Source: Acidimicrobiia bacterium (GTDB lineage Bacteria > Actinomycetota > Acidimicrobiia > Spongiisociales > Spongiisociaceae). From it: a stretch of DNA of 18,143 nucleotides. The DNA is taken from the NCBI GenBank assembly GCA_041576165.1, contig JBFGLM010000075.1:1-18143 (forward strand). Reading direction: 5' to 3'. Position 1 is the first letter of the stretch; the number at the start of each line of letters is the position of its first letter. The position numbers and the translations under genes were made by a program. Shown in pieces: positions 1 through 7,868 of this stretch. The notes under the pieces are model-generated. The model did no database searches. It saw only the letters and a program-made list of their open reading frames with translations, and had not been told where the DNA came from.

Positions 1-2133
1 CACCACGGTCACCCCATCACCGCCACCTCGAATCCAGTGACCGTCACCATCGACGACACTCCGACACTCCAGATCACCAAGTCGACGTCAACCCCGACCC
101 TGCCCGAACCCGGCGGCAGCTTCATCTACGAAGCGCAGGTCACCAACGATTCACCCGATCGGGTCATCACCCTCACCGCCATCGAAGACAACTGGACCGC
201 AAACCCACCATTGGCCGGCTCCGGAACCCAAGACCTCACATCGTCCTGCACCGACGGCGAAGGCACCGCGGTCTCTTTGCCGTATCAGCTAGATCCCAAC
301 GAGACGATTGAGTGCGCCTTCACCCAACGCCACACCGGCGAAGAGGTCAACTCCTGGACCGACACCGTCACCGTAGAAGCCACCGATAACAACGGCCAAA
401 CCATCACCGCCACCTCCAATCCAGTGACCGTCACCATCGACGACACTCCCACACTCCAGATCACCAAGTCGACATCAACCCCGACCCTGCCAGAACCAGG
501 CGGAAACTTCGACTTTCAGGTAGTTGCCAAGAACGTCTCGGCGGTGGACACAGTCACGGTGACCGATCTCGACGACACCTACCTCATCGACCTGCAGACG
601 CAGGGGACCTGCGCAGAATCGGGCCCCGGTGCCAACCCCACCGCCCCCTACACCCTCTCCCCCGGCGAATCATTGCGGTGCACGTTCACCGTGTCCCACA
701 CCGGCCCACCGGCCACCTTCGACAACCGGGTCGCTGTGACTGCCACCGACGACGACGGAGCCGATGTGAGCGGTAACTCCAACCTGGTCAGAGTGAGGAT
801 CACCGACGAACCGGCCCTGCCTCCGGTGTTGGAGGTCACCAAGTCGACGTCGACCCCGACGCTGCCCGCACCCGGCGGTGACTTCGCCTACCAAGCGCAA
901 ATCACCAACGGCACCCCCGATCGGAACATCACCGTCACCGCCATCGCAGACAGCTGGACCGCGAATCCTCCCCTCAGCGGCTCCGGAACCCAAGACCTCA
1001 GCTCATCGTGCACCGACAACGACGGCACCCGGGTCACCTTCCCCCATCCCCTAGAGAGCGGCCAGACAATCGAGTGCACCTTCATCTCACGCCACACGGG
1101 GGAAGAGGGCAACTCCTGGACCGACACCGTCACCGTACAGGCCATCGACAACGCCGCCACCGAGTACGACGCCATCACCGCCTCTTACAGCTGGCTCCAC
1201 CCCATCACCGCTACGTCCAATGAAATAACCGTCGCCATTGACGACACCACCCCGCCCACGCGGTTGCGACTGGTGAAGATGGTGACCAACGATGACGGCG
1301 GAACGGCGAACGCCGGCGACTGGACGTTGTCCGCCACCTCCCAGGGGAACGACGCGTCACGGGACTTCTCCAATCGCGGCGATGCCGGCCAGCTCCGAGA
1401 CGTGTTCGCCAACGTCGGCTACCTCCTCAGCGAGTCCCCCCAGGTCGACGGCTACCAGTCCGGCGACTGGACCTGCAGAGGCGGAACCCCGACCGGATCC
1501 GTGGTCACCCTCAACCCGGGTGTCACCGCCACCTGCACCATCACCAACAACGACATTCCTCCAACTTTGCGACTGGTCAAAGCGGTGATCAACAACGACG
1601 GCGGAACGGCGAGTCCCGGCGACTGGACGTTGTCAGCCACCTCCCAGGGCAACAATCCGACCCGCGACTTCTCCAATCCCGGCGATGCCGGCCAACTCCA
1701 AGAGGTGTTCGCCAACGTCGGCTACCTCCTCAGCGAGTCCCCCCAGGTCGACGGCTACCAGTCCGGCGACTGGACCTGCAGAGGCGGAACCCCGACCGGA
1801 TCCGTGGTCACCCTCACTCCAGGTGTCACCGCTACCTGCACCATCACCAACGACGACGGGCCTTCCGACGACGGGCCTCCCGACAACGTACCTCCCCCCA
1901 ACGGGCCTCCCGACGGAGATGGCACTAATGGCTGCGATTGGAAGATCTGCATCGTCCCGCCGGTTGCCGTGGCGTCGACCTTCTTCTTGCTGTTCCCTTG
2001 GCGACGGCGACGACCGGTAGTTGCCGTGACCCTGACCGAGGGCCTACACGCCGCGGCAAAAGAGATCATCATCAAACCAACGATTCCAGCCTCAGGGAGG
2101 CCGGACGAGCACTGGAGGAGATATGACGATTGA
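1..2133 (+). CDS. Large membrane-anchored surface repeat protein (DUF11-like Ig domains plus two CnaB/SpaA prealbumin-like domains), 5'-partial
   Basis: The frame is open from base 1 (HHGHPITATSNP precedes the GTG at 37). It has three ~130-aa modules starting 'PxLxxTKSTSTPTLPxPGG' and two 101-aa modules 'LVKxVxNDxGGTA...WTLSA...YLLSE...WTC...ATCTITNxD'. A Pro/Asp/Gly linker follows, then a hydrophobic segment (ICIVPPVAVASTFFLLFPW) and RRRR. No LPXTG motif is present. Confidence 0.85.
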   Translation, partial: HHGHPITATSNPVTVTIDDTPTLQITKSTSTPTLPEPGGSFIYEAQVTNDSPDRVITLTAIEDNWTANPPLAGSGTQDLTSSCTDGEGTAVSLPYQLDPNETIECAFTQRHTGEEVNSWTDTVTVEATDNNGQTITATSNPVTVTIDDTPTLQITKSTSTPTLPEPGGNFDFQVVAKNVSAVDTVTVTDLDDTYLIDLQTQGTCAESGPGANPTAPYTLSPGESLRCTFTVSHTGPPATFDNRVAVTATDDDGADVSGNSNLVRVRITDEPALPPVLEVTKSTSTPTLPAPGGDFAYQAQITNGTPDRNITVTAIADSWTANPPLSGSGTQDLSSSCTDNDGTRVTFPHPLESGQTIECTFISRHTGEEGNSWTDTVTVQAIDNAATEYDAITASYSWLHPITATSNEITVAIDDTTPPTRLRLVKMVTNDDGGTANAGDWTLSATSQGNDASRDFSNRGDAGQLRDVFANVGYLLSESPQVDGYQSGDWTCRGGTPTGSVVTLNPGVTATCTITNNDIPPTLRLVKAVINNDGGTASPGDWTLSATSQGNNPTRDFSNPGDAGQLQEVFANVGYLLSESPQVDGYQSGDWTCRGGTPTGSVVTLTPGVTATCTITNDDGPSDDGPPDNVPPPNGPPDGDGTNGCDWKICIVPPVAVASTFFLLFPWRRRRPVVAVTLTEGLHAAAKEIIIKPTIPASGRPDEHWRRYDD
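14..503 (+). repeat. Intragenic direct repeat, ~100-bp module-junction sequence at 14-116 and 401-503 (387-bp period)
   Basis: 'ccatcaccgccacctc(g/c)aatccagtgaccgtcaccatcgacgacactcc...aagtcgac...accctgcc' recurs at offset 387. A third related module starts near 835. Confidence 0.85.
1261..1858 (+). repeat. Tandem near-identical 303-bp domain repeat (2 copies)
   Basis: 'caggtcgacggctaccagtccggcgactggacctgcagaggcggaaccccgaccggatccgtggtcaccctca' starts at both 1441 and 1744. The translated repeats are nearly identical. Confidence 0.9.
1852..1911 (+). repeat. 15-bp degenerate tandem repeat (4 units) encoding the linker DDGPS/DDGPP/DNVPP/PNGPP
   Basis: gacgacgggccttcc gacgacgggcctccc gacaacgtacctccc cccaacgggcctccc. 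Confidence 0.75.
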
Positions 2134-2650
2134 GGTTGGCAGCGGCGCAACCACCGTGGAGCAAGACGTACCCCGGGGCATCTTCAAGCGGCGTCGCATG
2201 GGATCGTCGCCGCCGGTGGTGATCGAAGTGAGAATCGACGTCAACCATGCTGAAGAACCCGCCAAGGAGCCATCGGCGGCGGCGCCCAAAGTGGCGGAGG
2301 CGATCGAGGCGGTGGCGGTCGGCAAAGCGGATGCGGTAGCTAGCGGCTGGCCGGCGTTCATCGGGAAGGTGGGGGACGCGGTTGGAAACAGGATCGAGGA
2401 GATCATCGGCACAGCAGGAGGTCTCGTCGAACAGCGGATCGACGAACTCATCACCAGTGCCAACTCCCAGATTGACAAGCTGGTCGAAGATATGGTCACC
2501 CAAGCCATGGACACGGTGATCCACAACGTGATCGAACAACGACTCAGCGAGATGCTGGGTGGAATAACGATTGATCTCACCAAGCTCGAGAGTGAGACCG
2601 TCTCGATCGCCGACGCCGCCGCCGACACCACCAACAAGATCACCGGATGA
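2123..2650 (+). CDS. Hypothetical protein with a C-terminal amphipathic helical region
   Basis: 175-aa ORF with GGAGG at 2114-2118 before the ATG, an 11-bp overlap with the upstream stop, and GC3-rich codons. Confidence 0.7.
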   Translation: MTIEVGSGATTVEQDVPRGIFKRRRMGSSPPVVIEVRIDVNHAEEPAKEPSAAAPKVAEAIEAVAVGKADAVASGWPAFIGKVGDAVGNRIEEIIGTAGGLVEQRIDELITSANSQIDKLVEDMVTQAMDTVIHNVIEQRLSEMLGGITIDLTKLESETVSIADAAADTTNKITG

Positions 2651-2725
2651 GGGCGGAGCAGGCGAGCGTACGCCCGTCTGCGAGGGCGACGCGTATCGTG
2701 GGGACGAAGGCGAGAAAGGAGCGAG

Positions 2726-4366
2726 ATGCCCAAGAACATCGTCATTCTGGCTGACGGCACCGGCCAGGAGGGCGGTCGAGGGGTCGCGTTGAACACCAAC
2801 GTCTACAGGCTCTTCAACATGCTCGAGGACAAGACGCCCCGCCAGATCGTGTTCTACGATCCGGGGATCGGCACCGGGTGGCGCAAGCTCACCGGCAACG
2901 TCGGTGGCGCAGGTATATCGCGCAACATCCAGCAGGCATACCGGTTCATCTTCGACAACTACGTTCCCGGCGACCGGATCTTCCTCATCGGCTTCAGCCG
3001 GGGCGCGGCGACGGTGAGGAGCCTGTCGGGGTTCATCCATCACTTCGGGATCCTGCCTCGGTCCCGGCCCGAGCTCATCAAGAAGGCTTACAAGATCTAC
3101 AAAACACGCCCGCCCTGGTTCGGGGGGTTGGCGAAGCGGGCCATCGCCAAAAAGCGCCTCACCGAGGTCGAGGCGCTGGCACGAGAGATGTACTACGGAG
3201 ATCTGGATATCGATAGCCACCTCTTGCGCCACCATGAGGAGTGCCACGGGGGACGGCCCGGCGAGCCGCTGTTGGACCACGACATCGACGAGTCCGAAGG
3301 GTTGGATCATCAGGCAGACCACGACCGGTACATGCTGGCCGCCACCATGAAGGCGCAGTTCGAGAACTATGCCAAGGAGTTGCTCGCTGCCAGCGACTAC
3401 GAGCCCGACGCACCTGATGCCAAGCAGCGAGCGAAGCGGTACTTGAGGGCGGTCAAGCTCGAGAAGCGCGCCAAGGAATTCATATCCGCCAACCACACCC
3501 AATGGACTCGGATCGAGCTTCTCGGATGCTTCGACACCGTGGCAGCCCTCGGCCTGCCATATCCGGCAGCCGATGCCATCATCAACGCCTTCCCCTTCTC
3601 CAGGCACAAGTTCCACAACTTCAACCTCGCCAAGAGCGTCAGCCACGCCTACCACGCCCTCGCCATCGACGACGAGCGCATCGTGTTCAATCCCGTTTTG
3701 TGGACGCCAGACGATGATTTGGCACGCACAGCCGCTCACCGCTGCGCCACACCGGGGTGCGCCGAGCCCAACGCGCGAACGCTCGAACAGGTGTGGTTCA
3801 CCGGGATGCACACCGACGTTGGCGGTGGCTACACGGAACCGGGACTGGCCCAGATCACGCTGATGTGGATGCTGCACAAGGCCCACCGGCACGGGCTGCT
3901 GCTCCACCCCCGCGACGAGGATGCGGTCATTCAGGACTTCACCGACGTCATGCACGACTCACGTGGCCGCTGGAGCACCCGGTTGCTGTACCGCCGCGGC
4001 AGCCGCCAAGTCGTATGGGATCGGGCCGTCCACGGCACGCCGATCGTCCACGAAAGCGTCCTCCGCCGGGCCGAGGCCGCCCAAATCCGCATGTGGAGGG
4101 CCGGCAAGGCCGATCTAGGGGCCGGCAAGGATTACCGCCCATGGATCACAGCCGGCGAGAGCGGCGACTTCGAGATTGAACGCTGGCCACTCATCGACAA
4201 GGGCGAGGGCGTGATCACCCGGATCGGGGTCAAGGACCTGGTGCAGCTACAGGAGCAAAGGTGGCAGGAGTGGATGGACCTGCAAAGGCAAACGTTGCCG
4301 TGGCTCAAACCCGCAGTGCATGCCATTCCCCCTTCGGCACCTCGGCCGACGTCAGCAACCGCCTGA
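2726..4366 (+). CDS. DUF2235 (Tle1-like phospholipase, alpha/beta hydrolase) family protein
   Basis: Family motifs are KNIVILADGT, TNVYRLF, YDPGIGT, GFSRG (nucleophile GxSxG), GCFDTV, HALAIDDER and QVWFTGMHTDVGGGY. RBS AAAGGAG lies at 2715-2721. Confidence 0.92.
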   Translation: MPKNIVILADGTGQEGGRGVALNTNVYRLFNMLEDKTPRQIVFYDPGIGTGWRKLTGNVGGAGISRNIQQAYRFIFDNYVPGDRIFLIGFSRGAATVRSLSGFIHHFGILPRSRPELIKKAYKIYKTRPPWFGGLAKRAIAKKRLTEVEALAREMYYGDLDIDSHLLRHHEECHGGRPGEPLLDHDIDESEGLDHQADHDRYMLAATMKAQFENYAKELLAASDYEPDAPDAKQRAKRYLRAVKLEKRAKEFISANHTQWTRIELLGCFDTVAALGLPYPAADAIINAFPFSRHKFHNFNLAKSVSHAYHALAIDDERIVFNPVLWTPDDDLARTAAHRCATPGCAEPNARTLEQVWFTGMHTDVGGGYTEPGLAQITLMWMLHKAHRHGLLLHPRDEDAVIQDFTDVMHDSRGRWSTRLLYRRGSRQVVWDRAVHGTPIVHESVLRRAEAAQIRMWRAGKADLGAGKDYRPWITAGESGDFEIERWPLIDKGEGVITRIGVKDLVQLQEQRWQEWMDLQRQTLPWLKPAVHAIPPSAPRPTSATA

Positions 4367-4666
4367 CGGGGTCTATCTCACTCCACATCGGCTCGACGTA
4401 ACGCCACAACATCTCGTGCTGGTTGATCTTTCTTTGGGCCCAGGGCGTCCTGGCGTGACGGACCGTACCGGATGTCACTCAACCAGCCGGCAACGTCACT
4501 ACCAAAGTGCGGGATCCGACCACGCATTCACCCGTCTGCGGGCCGTCTTTGTATCAGGCCGCCTACCAGGGCAAACTGAGCGCGGCGTATTCGTTTCCTC
4601 GTGGCGACGCCAGGTGAACCTGCGGGTCGGCGGCTTGCCTTCCGGTTGAAACACCTTGGTGACCGA

Positions 4667-4709
4667 TCGGAACCCGCCGTCCGCCATGAGGAGAGCCGGC
4701 GGGTTCCGA
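4667..4709 (-). terminator. Stem-loop, probable intrinsic terminator (13-bp perfect stem, 17-nt loop)
   Basis: TCGGAACCCGCCG (4667-4679) pairs with CGGCGGGTTCCGA (4697-4709). It sits 10 bp past the stop of the minus-strand gene, between convergent genes. There is no U-tract. Confidence 0.65.
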
Positions 4710-4718
4710 GGTCGACAT

Positions 4719-5249
4719 TTAGGCAAAAGCTCCGCAGAAGCCCGCCAGCAGGACCGGGTCATCGACCACCGTGGGATCGATGCCGCGCACGTCGTGGCGT
4801 CCGGAGATGCCAACCACGCTGATCCCGCTCGGCCCGAATAGCAAAACCACCCGTCCGGCGTCGACGACGATGTTGTCGCCCCCGTTGACCAGAACCGAAA
4901 GGCCGGCGATCAACAGCGTGACCGTGCCATCCGGATTGAAGTTGAAGATCTGCTGGAAGTGGTCGGGGCCTTCTCGCAGCGTCTCACCCGTGTCCACGTT
5001 GGTGATCGTGTTGTCCTCGCTGACATGGTCGATGATGCGCACCACATTGCCGTCCTGGTCGAAGTAGCGCGTCCGGTCGACGCTGCCGGTGATCTCCCAA
5101 CGCAGGTTGAGTCCACATTCGGGAACGAAACCCTCGATCGTGTCGTCGAAGTCGAAGGTCTGAGTGACCGGAGGGACCGCGCCAGCGGTCGCCATTGTCA
5201 GGCTGCTCGCCAGTAAGACCCCCAAAGCCAGTGTGATAAAGCGCCTCAT
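4719..5249 (-). CDS. Secreted hypothetical protein (signal peptide, two Cys, beta-rich)
   Basis: Start reassigned to MRRFITLALGVLLASSLTMATAGA (ATG 5249), preceded by AGGGAGAGG. It has a Sec-type signal ending AGA and Cys near each end of the mature chain. Confidence 0.78.
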   Translation of the reverse strand: MRRFITLALGVLLASSLTMATAGAVPPVTQTFDFDDTIEGFVPECGLNLRWEITGSVDRTRYFDQDGNVVRIIDHVSEDNTITNVDTGETLREGPDHFQQIFNFNPDGTVTLLIAGLSVLVNGGDNIVVDAGRVVLLFGPSGISVVGISGRHDVRGIDPTVVDDPVLLAGFCGAFA

Positions 5250-5327
5250 GATCGGCCTCTCCCTTTTGCTCCATGCACCGCACCCACCCCGAGCTACGAG
5301 GCGTAGCGTCACCAGGGTAGAGCCCGT

Positions 5328-7235
5328 CTATCTGCGATGCGGCCGCAGCGGCTCCGCCGGCAGCGGGACCGCGACATCCGCTAGGTCGACGTAATCTAAC
5401 CCGCCGGGCCGCTCGCAGCCGTTGTGGCGCTCCCCATTGCGGCACGTGTCACGCCCGTCGCCGCCGACGAGCAGGTCATAGCCAGGGCCGCCGTCGAGGG
5501 TGTCGTCTCCAGCTCCGCCGAAGATGATGTCGTCACCCTCGTTGCCCTCGATTAGGTCGGCGCCATATGAGCCGAGCAGAATGTTGTCGCCAGCATCTCC
5601 CTCGACGTGAGCAGGGTCGAGAACAGCCAGGTGTTCAATGGATTCGAGATGGTCGATTCCGGCCCCGTCACCGTAGGCCAGCCCGGTGACGAGCGAGACT
5701 CCGGAGTCGTAGCCGTCTGCGCTCACCGGCGGGTCGAGGGCGCAGTTCGGAGATGCCTCATCCATCGTCTCACAGCCGTGGTACTCGTCGATGAATCGGT
5801 ACCAATCGCCGCCGGGGCCGCCGTCGATGTGATCGTTGCCCGGTCCGCCCTCCAATGTGTCGTCACCGGCGCCGCCATAGAGCGCATCGTTGCCTTCCCA
5901 GCCGTTCAATACGTCCGCGCCGGCCCCGCCGCGGATGAGATCGTCTCCTTCGTCGCCCCACAGTCGATTGGCGCGCGCGTTGCCTATCAAGGTGTCGTCG
6001 AATCCCGTGCCGCTGATCGACTCGACGGTGGCCAGTGTGTCCTTGCCCTGTCCCGAGGCGGTGCCTGTTGCCAGGTTGACGGTGACGCCGCGTTCGGAAC
6101 TCCAGTACATCACCTCATCGACTCCCTCGTCGCCCGCGATGTCGTCGTCGCCATTGCCCCCCTGCAGCCAGTCCCGCCCCGGGCCGCCAGACAAGATGTC
6201 CGCTCCGTCTCCGCCTTCGAGCCAATCCTGGTTGGCGCCACCGTAGAGGACATCGTCACCGGAGCCTCCTTCCAGACCGTCGTGTCCGCCGGCGCCCTCA
6301 ATCAAGTCGTTGCCGGAATTGCCCGCCATGAAGTCGCTTTCCGGCCCCCCGTGGATCATGTCGTGGCCTTCGCCGCCCCCGATATTGTCGGAGCCGCGCC
6401 GGCCCTCGATCGTGTCGTTGCCGCCGTCACCGCGAATCTGGTCGGGGCCGGGGGTGCCGATGATCGTGTCCGGCCCGGGGCCGCCGAAGAGCTCGGTCTG
6501 CACCCACTGCGCATCGAGCGCTCCTCCACCGTGAAGTAGGTCCGCCCCAGCTTCACCATAGAGAGTATCGGTGAAAGCCCGGCCGGCAGGGCCCCCGTAG
6601 AGTTTGTCGTTGCCGGGGCCGCCGAACAGGAAGTCACCACCGAAGTCGCCACGTAACGTGTCGTCGCCGCGACCTCCGTACAGGTGATCCTCGTAGCCGC
6701 GGCCCTCCAGCGTGTCGTCGCCGCCGCGGCCGTAGAGCTGATTTCGCATCGAGTTGCCAATGACGACATCTTGAAATGGCGTCCCGAAGACCGTGGCAAT
6801 GCCAATGACCTGGTCACTGCCGTGTCCTCGGGCCGTCTCGGCGGCGAGATCCACGGTGACCCCGCCGGGCGCGTCGGCAAATCGGAGCACGTCGAACCCC
6901 GCAGAGCCGTCGATGATGTCATCCCCAGCCCCACCGTCAAGGACGTCGACGCCGCCCCCGCCGATGATCAAGTCATTTCCCGTCCCCCCGCTGATGGTAT
7001 CGGCGCCGCCGTCGCCGCAGAGCACATCGTCACCCTCCCCACCGATGATCGTGTCCCGGCCCCCCAAAGCCGCGATGACGTCTGGACCGTCGGTTCCGAT
7101 GAGGGTGTCGTTGCCGGCTGTACCCACGATGGTGGCCGGTTCCCCACCACAGCTCGTTGCGGCGGCGGCAGGGACCCCGACGAGAGCCCACCAAGAAAGC
7201 GCGAATGCGAGGATCAGGGCCCAGGGACGACGCAT
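5328..7235 (-). CDS. Secreted RTX/hemolysin-type calcium-binding repeat protein
   Basis: Many GGxGxDxLx nonapeptides. Signal peptide MRRPWALILAFALSWWALVGVPAAA is followed by 'CGGEPATIVGTAGND'. RBS AAGGAGG lies before ATG 7235. Confidence 0.9.
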   Translation of the reverse strand: MRRPWALILAFALSWWALVGVPAAAATSCGGEPATIVGTAGNDTLIGTDGPDVIAALGGRDTIIGGEGDDVLCGDGGADTISGGTGNDLIIGGGGVDVLDGGAGDDIIDGSAGFDVLRFADAPGGVTVDLAAETARGHGSDQVIGIATVFGTPFQDVVIGNSMRNQLYGRGGDDTLEGRGYEDHLYGGRGDDTLRGDFGGDFLFGGPGNDKLYGGPAGRAFTDTLYGEAGADLLHGGGALDAQWVQTELFGGPGPDTIIGTPGPDQIRGDGGNDTIEGRRGSDNIGGGEGHDMIHGGPESDFMAGNSGNDLIEGAGGHDGLEGGSGDDVLYGGANQDWLEGGDGADILSGGPGRDWLQGGNGDDDIAGDEGVDEVMYWSSERGVTVNLATGTASGQGKDTLATVESISGTGFDDTLIGNARANRLWGDEGDDLIRGGAGADVLNGWEGNDALYGGAGDDTLEGGPGNDHIDGGPGGDWYRFIDEYHGCETMDEASPNCALDPPVSADGYDSGVSLVTGLAYGDGAGIDHLESIEHLAVLDPAHVEGDAGDNILLGSYGADLIEGNEGDDIIFGGAGDDTLDGGPGYDLLVGGDGRDTCRNGERHNGCERPGGLDYVDLADVAVPLPAEPLRPHRR

Positions 7236-7556
7236 GATGTCCCTCCTTCGATGCCCTTCCACGATCTCGTGGTTCGTTGCCGCGAGCCAGAGGCTTTGGA
7301 CTGCACTCGAGCGGGTTCTTCACAGCGATGAGGAGCCAGCGAACGCGTGGATGGTGTCGAGACCACGTCTAGTGGCTATAGGCACTCACCGAGCGTCGCC
7401 TTGACTCGGCCTCATCGACTCGCTCGACCCCTGCCCGGGGTTCAAACCGAAATGCGGCCACATCTCGCGGCTCGGGAACCTCTCCCATTGCCGCGCAGAC
7501 CCGAAGCTCGACTGAGACCACCGATGCCGGCCGTCTCAGCTCATAGACCTCACGGT

Positions 7557-7801
7557 CGTCCAACAAGGTCGCGGGACGCGTTGCAGGCCCGGCAGTCTCC
7601 GGCCTAGCGTCCGGGACGTGACAGAACAGCAACGAAGATCGCTCATCGGGATCACCGCCAGTGTGGTGATCGGTGCCCTCGTCACTGTCGCCGGCAGCGA
7701 CGGCAGCTCGCAGGTGGGCTCGATCGCAGTCTTTGCAATCTGAGGGATCCTGGCGTACGTCATCAATTAGGTGGTGTTCGTGCCGTCGAATCGGGCCAGA
7801 A
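7557..7801 (+). pseudogene. Duplicated promoter plus truncated 5' fragment of the DUF1295 gene (repeat copy A)
   Basis: Ungapped match to 8999-9243 (offset 1442; 17 mismatches in 245 bp by manual count). GTG at 7618; in-frame TGA at 7741 (TGC in the intact gene) and TAG at 7768 (TGG in the intact gene). Confidence 0.9.
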
Positions 7802-7868
7802 GTTACGCCGCGCTGCACCCCTATGCGTCCGCCAAGTCTGACTTCTGAGCAGACGTCGACGTGCCTAG

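Noticed and set aside
1-1911. CRISPR-like or non-coding repeat array
   Set aside because: The repeat periods are multiples of three (387, 303 and 15 bp) and lie inside a coding frame. There are no unique spacers or cas genes.
2072-3955. 627-aa minus-strand ORF
   Set aside because: It is an antisense shadow of the DUF2235 and 175-aa genes, common in GC-rich DNA, and has no motifs.
7430-7455. tRNA T-loop-like GGGGTTCAAACC
   Set aside because: No cloverleaf can be built around it.
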